From Tortispora ganteri (taxonomy: Eukaryota), in assembly GCA_003707115.1 (NCBI GenBank), contig PPNB01000020.1:124001-157813 (forward strand): a stretch of DNA of 33,813 nucleotides, given 5' to 3'. The notes beneath the pieces are model-generated. The model did no database searches, had not been told where the DNA came from, and saw only the letters and a list, made by a program, of their open reading frames with translations. Numbering within the stretch: the stretch's first letter is position 1; each line of letters opens with the position of its first letter. This document shows, piece after piece, positions 19,764 through 28,997 of the stretch. The position numbers and the translations under genes are program-made.

Positions 19764-21068
19764 ATGGTTTCATCTATTAAGACGAGGCCTAGCTTTACTC
19801 CAAATGGTGCGAAAGATGTATCGATAATATTGTCGTCTTTTGTTGTATTCAAGCTACTTCTGCTCTCTGTCGCAATGCTCGTCCCCTATCAATTTGACAC
19901 TTCAGCATCACACATGTTCACCGGCCCTTCTTGGTTGCTCTACATCTTGCACAGATTAGTAGCCTGGGACGAAATCCATTTTATTGAAATCTCATTACAT
20001 GGAATGCAATATGAGCAGAACTGGGCATTCTCATGGATATGGTGCTCAGTAATACTAAGGTCTGGAGCAAAACTAGCACATTCACTCGGTTTCGATCCTG
20101 CCATCGGTGCAGCTCTAATTGGTATACTATCTTCGAACATTTTTCATCTTCTTGCATGCATTACTTTATACCATCTCACAAAGACGATGTTCGGTCAACA
20201 GCGATCAATCCCTCTGATCTCTACACTCTTATACATCATCTCTCCTGCGGGTATCTTTCTTTCTGTCGCCTACACCGAATCGCTCTTTGCATTACTCTCT
20301 TTTCTGGGTGCCTATTATCGAGCAAAAGGGTACCTTCTGATTCCTGGCGTCATATGGGGTTTGTCATGCGGTGTAAGGGGCAATGGACTCCTATGGGGCG
20401 TCGTATACCTTTATGACTTGGCTGGCGAACTGGCTCGCCCGCCTTCAGCTACCGCTTATGTCAGGCATTTAGACAGCTGGCGGCCAGAAGACCATGACAC
20501 AGAACCACACCGCAAGCCGTCTGCAATAGGCATTGATGAGCTCGCTCTATGGCGACTCGGTCGCCAAATAAAAATAGTCATCGGTGGAATTTGTATAGCT
20601 GGTGGATTTATTGGCCCGCAAATGACAGCTTACAATCGTTTTTGTCCAGGAAGACCATGGTGTAAACGTCCTATACCACTGATTTATGGATTTGTGCAAG
20701 ACAAATACTGGAATGTTGGATTCCTGCGCTATTGGACTCTTGCGCAAATTCCTAACTTTCTGTTCGCTACACCCACAATCATTCTTTTCCATATGTCTGC
20801 GAGATACTATAGAGGGGATATAGCTTTACTTCCTTACATCTTTGTACAAATGATGATGCTTATTTCTGCGATTTTCATCTGGCATGTGCAGATCATCACA
20901 CGGGTAGCTAGCTGTCTGCCCATCGCTTACTGGTATATCGCAGAAATGATATCTCACGGCGCACGAAACCCTTCTATTGCGAGAGGTAGCAGGTACGCAG
21001 TATACTACTTTATTTTATGGACACTATGCCAAGCAGTTCTTTTTGCAGCTTTCATGCCACCTGCATAA
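19764..21068 (+). CDS. GPI18: GPI mannosyltransferase II (PIG-V)
   Basis: QFDTS, LVAWDEIHF, YEQNWAF, SPAGIFLSVAYTESLF, RGNG, YGFVQDKYWNVGFLRYWT, C-terminal FMPPA. Start is uncertain (19674 in track; 19764 preferred). Confidence 0.93.
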   Translation: MVSSIKTRPSFTPNGAKDVSIILSSFVVFKLLLLSVAMLVPYQFDTSASHMFTGPSWLLYILHRLVAWDEIHFIEISLHGMQYEQNWAFSWIWCSVILRSGAKLAHSLGFDPAIGAALIGILSSNIFHLLACITLYHLTKTMFGQQRSIPLISTLLYIISPAGIFLSVAYTESLFALLSFLGAYYRAKGYLLIPGVIWGLSCGVRGNGLLWGVVYLYDLAGELARPPSATAYVRHLDSWRPEDHDTEPHRKPSAIGIDELALWRLGRQIKIVIGGICIAGGFIGPQMTAYNRFCPGRPWCKRPIPLIYGFVQDKYWNVGFLRYWTLAQIPNFLFATPTIILFHMSARYYRGDIALLPYIFVQMMMLISAIFIWHVQIITRVASCLPIAYWYIAEMISHGARNPSIARGSRYAVYYFILWTLCQAVLFAAFMPPA

Positions 21069-21254
21069 TATCCTGCAAGAATGCCTACAAAAATCAAAAA
21101 CCTGTGGTGACTTACAGAACGAGCACAACGAATGGCTCATACCATATGACTTAGTTCACCATAGTAATTTAATAATTCGATATATTATATCATGACTACA
21201 CAAATATAATAAAATTCGTATTGTAAACTAAAAAAAAAATGTTATCATAAATAG

Positions 21255-21578
21255 TTATTCAACAAGCCCCAGTGACTTTGTCGCTGTAGGGCTCAATTCT
21301 TCCGCATTGCGGTCCTTCCAAAAATCCCAGACCGGCTTAATTGTGTTTTTTCTTGCATTCTTAACCTCTCCGATTTCAGCCTTCATCTCTGACAGTTGTC
21401 CTTTGATTCTAGCCGCTCTTTCCAGCTCATTTGTATGGTGTAGGCATTCTAAGTAGTCGTTCACTTTCAGTTGGCACTGTGAAGGCTCAGTTGTGTCCTT
21501 AGACGCATAACATAGCATAAACTCCTGCCATTCACCATAGCATCGACTAGACCCTCCATATCTTCCGTGTCTAGACAT
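21255..21578 (-). CDS. Mitochondrial complex I accessory subunit NDUFS5/NIPM (15 kDa, twin CX9C-like)
   Basis: GGSSRCYGEWQEFMLCY...QCQLKVNDYLECLHH..E pattern. Confidence 0.88.
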   Translation of the reverse strand: MSRHGRYGGSSRCYGEWQEFMLCYASKDTTEPSQCQLKVNDYLECLHHTNELERAARIKGQLSEMKAEIGEVKNARKNTIKPVWDFWKDRNAEELSPTATKSLGLVE

Positions 21579-21770
21579 TTCAAATACACTAAATTTATAG
21601 TCAAGTAGTACGCAACTTGCTGACTTTTAAAAGTCGCTCTCACTTCCGCTCTCAGTGGTTGGCTATAATGGTTTCCTTGACAACGTGTTTGTTTTACACT
21701 AATTCTGGTATCCTCTTTACTCTCACACCAAATCCATACCGCTTCTCGAGCTCGCTCAATCACGCTTCAC

Positions 21771-23477
21771 ATGCAGAGGAACCAAACGCTCTGGGATCAA
21801 CGCGGGCGATCTCGTAGTACGTTGCCTGAAACGTTCTGGGGTCCCAGGAGTACTAATGTGACTACTCCCGTGATTATATCAGCGCTTCTAACTCCAGAGC
21901 AAGCTGATGCCTATGCCCTTAATGTTCGAATAACAGAGATCACGCACAAACTGACCACAGATGACGTACTACCCAAAGACCGCCCTAGATCTCCTTCTCC
22001 TCCACCTGTTTATGATAAATACGGTAAGCGAACTAACACCAGAGTCGCTAGATATAGGTCTGCTCTTGAAGATGAGCGGCATAAACTGATAGGTAAAGCG
22101 CTACGCACAGTACCAGGCTTCAAGCCTCCACCCAACTATGTAAGGCCTTTAAAGATTCAACATAAATTGTACATACCTGTCCGTGATTATCCTGGTGTTA
22201 ACTTCATAGGTCTAGTCCTGGGCCCCCGAGGCAACCAACTGAAAAAAATGCAAGCAGAATCCGGGGCGAAAATTCAGATTAGAGGTAAAGGCTCTGTAAA
22301 GGACGGCAAAGAAGATACAAGATCATCGAATGCAAATGAAGACCTCCATTGTTTGATTACTGCAGATACTGACGAACAGATAGAACTAGCCATATCTCTC
22401 TTAAACCAGATCATTGCGACAGCGGCTTCCACACCAGAATATCAAAATACATTTAAACGCGATCAACTTCGCGAGTTAGCTGTTTTAAATGGTACTTTAC
22501 GTGAAGCATCAAATGATACTTGCTCTAAATGTGGCATGCCCGATCACAGAAGGGCTGAATGTCCTGAAAACGATACTATTACCAATAGCATCATATGTCG
22601 TATTTGTGGAAATCCCGGCCACATAGCTCGAGATTGCAAAGAAAGAACTGCGAATAATCGTCAAACTAACTTTAATACAGAGTCTAGCCATTACGACGAT
22701 GAGTATCAACGGCTACTAAATGAATTAGACAAACCGGCATCTAAGCGCTCTGCTGCAGCAGCTGAAACGGTACCACCTTCTTTACCAGATTTTCATACTA
22801 ACTCTACTGATCAGTCATTTTCTTTAAAGAATGAGTCCCAGTACTCAACAGTTCCAACGGTAGCTAGTTTAGCTAAATTTCTCTCTCAGGCACATTCAAG
22901 CAGTGATGCTACGTCAAGCAGTCTAGCACCTGCTGCTTCAAATTTGAGAGACAATGGTTATACCGCTCATGATCATCTAGCCTATGGAGCTGTTTCTCAA
23001 AAGGAACTACCTACCGCTTCACGAGTACCTAAACCACCTGCAACACGTACGACTCCGTTACCTCTCGTTGAAGGTCTTCAACATCAACCTCCCCTTCCGC
23101 CAGGTTCTCTACCGCCTTTACCTCCACCTCCACCAACAGTTCAACCAATATTGTCTCCCTCACACGCCAGCAGCGTACAAGCTGCTCTTCCTTTTTCTTC
23201 TTCTTCTTCTCCTCCTCCTCCTCCTCCTTCTTCTTCTCCTCCTCCTCCTTCTTCTTCTCCTCCTCCTCCTCCTCCTTCTTTTCCCCCGCCCCCGCCTCTT
23301 CCTGTTGTAGGTCAGCCTGCTCCACCACCAGGTAGTTCGCAGATTTTTTCTACTTCTAATCCCCCACCTCCACCGGGGCTTACATCGGGCTTGCAACCGA
23401 ACTCAGTACCTGGTCTTACTAGTGCTTTATCAAAAATTAAGCCGCCACCTCCCCCCCCTCCTCCTCCTGGTATTTAG
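21771..23477 (+). CDS. MSL5: Branchpoint-bridging protein BBP/SF1
   Basis: RSPSPPPVYD, KRTNTR, KH domain NFIGLVLGPRG...IRGKGSVK, QUA2 QLRELAVLNGTLR, two CCHC zinc knuckles, proline-rich tail. Confidence 0.97.
   Translation: MQRNQTLWDQRGRSRSTLPETFWGPRSTNVTTPVIISALLTPEQADAYALNVRITEITHKLTTDDVLPKDRPRSPSPPPVYDKYGKRTNTRVARYRSALEDERHKLIGKALRTVPGFKPPPNYVRPLKIQHKLYIPVRDYPGVNFIGLVLGPRGNQLKKMQAESGAKIQIRGKGSVKDGKEDTRSSNANEDLHCLITADTDEQIELAISLLNQIIATAASTPEYQNTFKRDQLRELAVLNGTLREASNDTCSKCGMPDHRRAECPENDTITNSIICRICGNPGHIARDCKERTANNRQTNFNTESSHYDDEYQRLLNELDKPASKRSAAAAETVPPSLPDFHTNSTDQSFSLKNESQYSTVPTVASLAKFLSQAHSSSDATSSSLAPAASNLRDNGYTAHDHLAYGAVSQKELPTASRVPKPPATRTTPLPLVEGLQHQPPLPPGSLPPLPPPPPTVQPILSPSHASSVQAALPFSSSSSPPPPPPSSSPPPPSSSPPPPPPSFPPPPPLPVVGQPAPPPGSSQIFSTSNPPPPPGLTSGLQPNSVPGLTSALSKIKPPPPPPPPPGI
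23185..23287 (+). repeat. (TCT)n/(CCT)n compound microsatellite, 103-nt pure pyrimidine tract within MSL5
   Basis: Only C/T from 23185 to 23287; encodes SSSSSPPPPPPSSSPPPPSSSPPPPPPS. Confidence 0.95.
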
Positions 23478-23742
23478 TCCCTAAAAGTGAATTGAAAAAA
23501 TGTACAATACCAATATGACATTGCTGTATAAGAGCCTGCATGCGTTCTTAAAGAGACTCTTTAATCATATGAGAAGTTAATGTTTACTTTTTACATGTGA
23601 AATTCAGCTAACTTACGACCTATATGTCCTATATATAATTTTTATACCTTACTAGCCTTTTTGCCAATAACCTGGCATCAATTTTCTTACAGTAACCGAT
23701 AGATATAATGCGCTTAAAGCAAAAGTTATGGATGGGTACAAA

Positions 23743-26700
23743 TCAGTCTTTCAACCCTTGAACTCTGGCAAGTTCTGCATACAATCCGTTGATTTCCATT
23801 AACTCTCGGTGTGTTCCAGATTCCACAACCACTCCTTCACTTATGACAAATATTATGTCAGCACGTGCTAAGGTTGATAAACGATGAGCTATCGAAATAG
23901 TAGTGCGTCCTACACCCGCATCATCCAACGCCTTCTGCACTGCACTTTCAGACTCATTGTCTAGAGCAGAAGTCGCTTCATCTAATAGAAGTACTTTAGG
24001 GTCTCTTATTAGCGCCCGTGCAATCGAGATACGCTGTTTCTGGCCTCCGGAAAGTAATGCACCACCATTACCACATATCGTATCATATCCTTCTGGAAGA
24101 GAGTGGATAAAATCGTATATGTTGGCCAAACGGCACACTGCATCCAGGTCTTCTTCTGAAATAGGGGTGTTGTCATCAGCACGACCACACACAATATTAT
24201 CCCTAATAGTCCCATGGTATATTATAGGTTCTTGTTGAACCAAAGCGATGCTTTTTCTGTATTCCTTGCAATTCAAAGACGATACCGGAACATTGTCAAG
24301 ATATACAGCGCCAGCTTGCGGCATGTAAAAAGATTCTATCAAATTAATCACTGTTGACTTTCCACAGCCAGAAGATCCCACAATGCCAACATACTGTCCA
24401 GCCTTAATTTTGAGATTCAAACCATTTAGAACTGGTTTGCCTGCGGTATACTGAAAATACACATCGCGAAACTCCACATTGCCTTTAAAGTCGTGCAGGA
24501 GTTCACCCTGCGACAAAGCGGCTTCATTTTCGTCATCGTATTCCAAAATACTGAAAGCTTGGTTAGCAGCATTTTTTGCAGCAGCAAAGTTATTCGCAAA
24601 TATTAAAGCGCCCGCACTCTGCGTTCCAACAACTAAGGTGACCAAGCAGGTGAAAAAATGGAAAAGCGATAATTCTCTTCTCAGCAGAAGTGTACCGCCC
24701 CAGTAAAATAACAGTGAGTTAACTAGAAGGTAGAATGAATATCCAAGAGAGAATAGACTACCAGCTTTGACGCTCGATTTGAAAGTTCGTTTACTTTGTC
24801 CATCTAAAACTGCAGCGTAGTCTGAGGTTAGCTTCACTTCCGCGCACAAAGACTGTACAGTTTTAATTGCACCAATTGCTTCACAAAGTTTTACTGCAAT
24901 CCGTTTGTGCTCTTTACTGCACTCATTTACAACCTTATTCATGATCTGTAAGCGCCCATATCCACTAAGCAGAAGTAGCGGCATGCATACAACACCAACA
25001 ATAGCAAATTTCCAAGCAAAAATCAAGCACATTATACAAGAGGAAAACAGAGTCAAAAATGAAGCAAACAGTTTGGTAAAAACCGTACTTGTCAATGAAT
25101 CTACAACTTCAATTTTCTCTAAAGAACCGATCACATGTCCCGTGGAATGTTCAGAAATATTGAAGTATGACAAAGGCTTAGATATCAAAGCCTTAAAACA
25201 ACTCAGCTTCAATCGAGCAATTACTTTTGTTCCGGATGCAGCTCCAAAACTAAACATGCAAGTGTATGCAACAAAAGCCACGCCACCCAGCATAAAAAAC
25301 AAACCACACCAGATATCTGCTTGAGGCAAAATATTCGTGTCGCTTACGTCTTCAAACAAAGAAAGCAGCTTCCCTAGGAACACCGACATAAGTATAGGGC
25401 TAGATGCGGTAACCACTGAGAATAAATAGCTAATAATCAATTCTCGGTACTCTGGTTTGCCCAAAATCAAAATTTTGAAGATAAGTTGAACAACTGAATA
25501 AGCACAATGAGTTTCCACATTCACAGTCTTAGAACTATTGGTGTTTACTGTATCTACCTTCGACAATGCAAATTTGTCATCCAATAGCGCCTTTGACCTG
25601 CGCAAATTCATTTTTGAATCTCCAATAACGGTTTCGTCGCATTCAGCCGGCTTCGATTCGTTTAATTCCTCACTGTGCATCAAAAGGTTATAATACTGAC
25701 CTTCTAAAGATAGAAGCTCATCGTGAGATCCTGACTCAACGACTTGACCATTATCCATAACAACAATAGTATCGGCATGTCGCACAGTTGATAGTCTGTG
25801 AGCAATCATTATTATTGTTCGACCAGCTAGCCTAGTTTCTAAAGACTCTTGGATTTTCTTCTCGGAATTGCTATCTAGAGCAGAAGTGGCTTCATCCAGA
25901 AGCAATATCCTTGGCTTCGCGACTATTGCACGAGCAATGGACAATCTCTGCTTTTGTCCGCCTGAAAGTTTGAACCCTCTCTCACCAATTTCAGTATCAA
26001 ATGCATTTGGTAGTGAGTTGATAAAGTCCAAAGCATCAGCAATTTCGGCGGCCTCGGTGACCATTTTATATTTTTCATCTTGCGAGATGCTTTGAAATTT
26101 CGTTCCTTTTAATCCCAAAGCAATGTTATCGTATATAGAGCAAGAGAATAGATCAGAGTCTTGTGTTACATAGCCTATTTGTTCACGAAGCCAATGCAGA
26201 TTCAGAGTTGTAATATCATGCCCATCGACGGTAATTTCTCCACTTATAGGAAAATAGAAGCGTTCCAAAAGTCCAAAAAGTGAAGACTTACCAGATCCTG
26301 ATTTCCCAACTATAGCAATGGTTTTGTTCTGAGGAATTCTTAGCGAAAAATCGACGAGAATGTCCACATCGGGCCTTGAAGGATATGCAAAATACACATG
26401 TTTGAACTCGATGGATCCTTCCACACTGTCAAGAGTATGACCCATAACATTATCTTTCTCTTCATAATATGGTTTTCTGTCTATCGTTGCAAAAATACGC
26501 TTAGCAGCTGCCAATCCTCTTGTTACATTTTGAACTTTTCCAATATTCTCGCTAGCAGCCAAAGCACTGAACGACACAGATAACACGGTTGAAATAACAG
26601 CGGATACTTGAAGTTCTCCTCTTTCTACAAACCTTGCACCCTGCCAAAATCCAAGAGAGAAAATTGAATAACAACCTAGCCAGAAAGTTCCTACTATACC

Positions 26701-27600
26701 TGCAATATGAACTTCACGGTAGAAAGAATATTGAACAGCCTTTGCTAGCATGTCAGAATAATAATTAGTAATAGAATTTTGAAGACCGAACGCCTGTACG
26801 TTACGGATAGAGGAGATAGCTTCTTGCGCTTCTTCATTTGCCTTAGCATTGTACTCTGAAGCTGCATTCGAATACTTTCGCACTCTACTAGCGACCAGGA
26901 AGAATACAGTAAAAATAAAAACAAATACTGCGAGAAGCATTAAAGCCAACTTCCATGACCTTCCAAACGCTAGCGAAATGCCTCCAATTACTGAAGAGAT
27001 TGACATTATGAGCAAGCATAGTTTCTCTGATATTCCTTCTTGCAAATCGTTAGCATCTATCAAAAGACGTAAACCAGCCTCGCCGGTACTAAAAGAGTCA
27101 AAGAAAGCAATGTTTTGAGAAAGAATAGACTTGAAATATTCATGTCGAATTCGATCAGCGGCTTTCTCGCCTAAGTTTATGAATAGGCTAACTGCCAAAA
27201 ATGCATCTGTGAAAGTACCAATAGCCAAGTATAAGAAGGACAGACTTTGGCGATGAATAGTTCGTTTGAATTCTTCTGGATCACTAAAGTCATTTGCAAT
27301 ATACTCTATGAGCTTCTGACTACTTGATGCAAAAATGAAGGTCATAGACGGAAGGGTTATTCCGAGAAGCATCGCCAATAACAAAGCACATCCGTAGGCC
27401 AGCTTTTCTCGAAAAGAGAAATAACGAAATATGTAAGATACCTTGAACGGTTGCTCAGGACATTCTAGCTGCTTCAGAAGAACAGTAGCTATTGAATATC
27501 CACTTTGAATAGAATCTTGATCTTCAGTATGTACAGCGGGGTATGATTTTTCTGTTCCAGAGCTTGCTGAAGCCCTCTGGGGATCGAGTGATAAACTCAT
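23743..27600 (-). CDS. Full-length ABCB (MDR/P-glycoprotein-type) transporter
   Basis: TMD-NBD-TMD-NBD layout; Walker A GKSGSGKS and GSSGCGKS, LSGGQKQR twice, LLLDEATSALD twice, IAHRLST twice. Confidence 0.96.
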   Translation of the reverse strand: MSLSLDPQRASASSGTEKSYPAVHTEDQDSIQSGYSIATVLLKQLECPEQPFKVSYIFRYFSFREKLAYGCALLLAMLLGITLPSMTFIFASSSQKLIEYIANDFSDPEEFKRTIHRQSLSFLYLAIGTFTDAFLAVSLFINLGEKAADRIRHEYFKSILSQNIAFFDSFSTGEAGLRLLIDANDLQEGISEKLCLLIMSISSVIGGISLAFGRSWKLALMLLAVFVFIFTVFFLVASRVRKYSNAASEYNAKANEEAQEAISSIRNVQAFGLQNSITNYYSDMLAKAVQYSFYREVHIAGIVGTFWLGCYSIFSLGFWQGARFVERGELQVSAVISTVLSVSFSALAASENIGKVQNVTRGLAAAKRIFATIDRKPYYEEKDNVMGHTLDSVEGSIEFKHVYFAYPSRPDVDILVDFSLRIPQNKTIAIVGKSGSGKSSLFGLLERFYFPISGEITVDGHDITTLNLHWLREQIGYVTQDSDLFSCSIYDNIALGLKGTKFQSISQDEKYKMVTEAAEIADALDFINSLPNAFDTEIGERGFKLSGGQKQRLSIARAIVAKPRILLLDEATSALDSNSEKKIQESLETRLAGRTIIMIAHRLSTVRHADTIVVMDNGQVVESGSHDELLSLEGQYYNLLMHSEELNESKPAECDETVIGDSKMNLRRSKALLDDKFALSKVDTVNTNSSKTVNVETHCAYSVVQLIFKILILGKPEYRELIISYLFSVVTASSPILMSVFLGKLLSLFEDVSDTNILPQADIWCGLFFMLGGVAFVAYTCMFSFGAASGTKVIARLKLSCFKALISKPLSYFNISEHSTGHVIGSLEKIEVVDSLTSTVFTKLFASFLTLFSSCIMCLIFAWKFAIVGVVCMPLLLLSGYGRLQIMNKVVNECSKEHKRIAVKLCEAIGAIKTVQSLCAEVKLTSDYAAVLDGQSKRTFKSSVKAGSLFSLGYSFYLLVNSLLFYWGGTLLLRRELSLFHFFTCLVTLVVGTQSAGALIFANNFAAAKNAANQAFSILEYDDENEAALSQGELLHDFKGNVEFRDVYFQYTAGKPVLNGLNLKIKAGQYVGIVGSSGCGKSTVINLIESFYMPQAGAVYLDNVPVSSLNCKEYRKSIALVQQEPIIYHGTIRDNIVCGRADDNTPISEEDLDAVCRLANIYDFIHSLPEGYDTICGNGGALLSGGQKQRISIARALIRDPKVLLLDEATSALDNESESAVQKALDDAGVGRTTISIAHRLSTLARADIIFVISEGVVVESGTHRELMEINGLYAELARVQGLKD

Positions 27601-28715
27601 TAGAAGACCAAGTAATATGCGTCTTACCGCTTACAGGTTTCAACAAGATCGAACTTGCTTGTATTTTCTTTAGGAGGCAGCCAGCATGAAACTACCGCTA
27701 GTTATGTATATAATTGTTTCTCGCAGTGATCTTTAAAGCTCCGGAAAAAGAAACTATCTCCAAATGCTACATGTATTAAAAATCAGGATTTAGCCGTTAT
27801 TATTGGCCAGAATAAATCTAGAGTAAACAATTTCAGGTTAATCTAAGACTTGTATTTTTTAACCAAAGCTTATTGAATCATTTTAAATTCATAATCCTGC
27901 TAAAACATGCTCTAAAAATTCGCACTAAAATGCCTGATCAATCCACGCACCTCAATTGCCGTTCTATGCAGGATGCCGACGCTAGCTTTCTTATATCTGC
28001 TGTATAGCAAATAAATAAAACCATCAGATAAAATTATTCATCATTCAATCTCATTAGTAGTAAGCTCCACTACTATCTATAGCATGGCTGAGAACAACTG
28101 TGAAAGCTAAGAGCTGTCGCACAGTTGCAACGCCCTGATAAAGTATAGGTATAAAACTAATAATAAGGTTTTCTTTTTTTGATTGGATAAATGCTAGTCA
28201 CAGAATTCGGCTATTTTTCCGTGGCGGTTCCTCTGTTCCATGGAATCTATATAATGCGATATGCTGGCCATAATTATTTTCCTAAAAACGGCCAAAGTAT
28301 TCAAGCTTTCTAAATGATCTACATATTATTGCAAATGATTTGCAATGGTCTGCTGTGATTTGAAGAATCACTACATCGCTTCTGTATGAGTTATGCCTCA
28401 TAGACACTCACACTCACAGACACAAAACACACACCCCTTCTCGACCTGGCACAGTACATAAATTATCATAAAAATGTGCATATTCACTTAACCCAGCAAG
28501 AAACTGAATATAGCCCTAATAATTGTTCCTCTTCAAATTTGGACCAGCTCGGCTAACTCAATAACCTTTCGTTGATGCTCTGTCAGATCGCACATACTTC
28601 GAACGTGAATGCACGCCACGATCGCATTGTGCCATAACTGGGCCGGGCGGAAAGATAAGCTATCCCAATACTCCAGGCACTCTCAATTAGCCATTCAACA
28701 TCCAATAGCATTCTC

Positions 28716-28954
28716 ATGACATAAGTATTAGCCTTTATCGTGTCATATAGTTATCGGGTTGTAACCCTCAGCCCATGAAATTAGGTTGACGCAATACTGT
28801 GTCTGTCCCCAGCAAGAGCGAACCAGGCTCTCCTCGTACCGTCTCCGGCTACTGAGGGGTTTTTGGTTGGGAAGGGAGGACCCTTTTAGATTCAACCAGC
28901 CTAACTTTACTTTCTTATCTTTCGATCTGTGGCGCTGACGCATATCACAGATTG
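28716..28954 (+). other. Candidate structured RNA element in the PRB1 upstream/leader region
   Basis: Series of complementary segments found by eye, with G-U pairs that work on the plus strand (see findings); no recognised RNA family. Confidence 0.4.
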
Positions 28955-28997
28955 TTACACATAACAGCCCCCATATTTCAACTGCTTATTACTTCAA

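Noticed and set aside
22984..23396. Poly-L, poly-E/K and poly-R ORFs
   Set aside because: Alternate-frame translations of the MSL5 microsatellite.
27601..28700. a-factor-like CAAX peptide gene next to the ABCB transporter
   Set aside because: No short ORF ending in C-A-A-X-stop was found on inspection (not exhaustive).
28762..28770. TAACCCT as a telomerase RNA template; TCCTCGT (28831) as an HDV-ribozyme loop; CTGAG as a TPP aptamer core
   Set aside because: The template lacks terminal redundancy and sits in a hairpin loop; the HDV P3/P2 pairings cannot be formed; the TPP 3' half motifs are absent.
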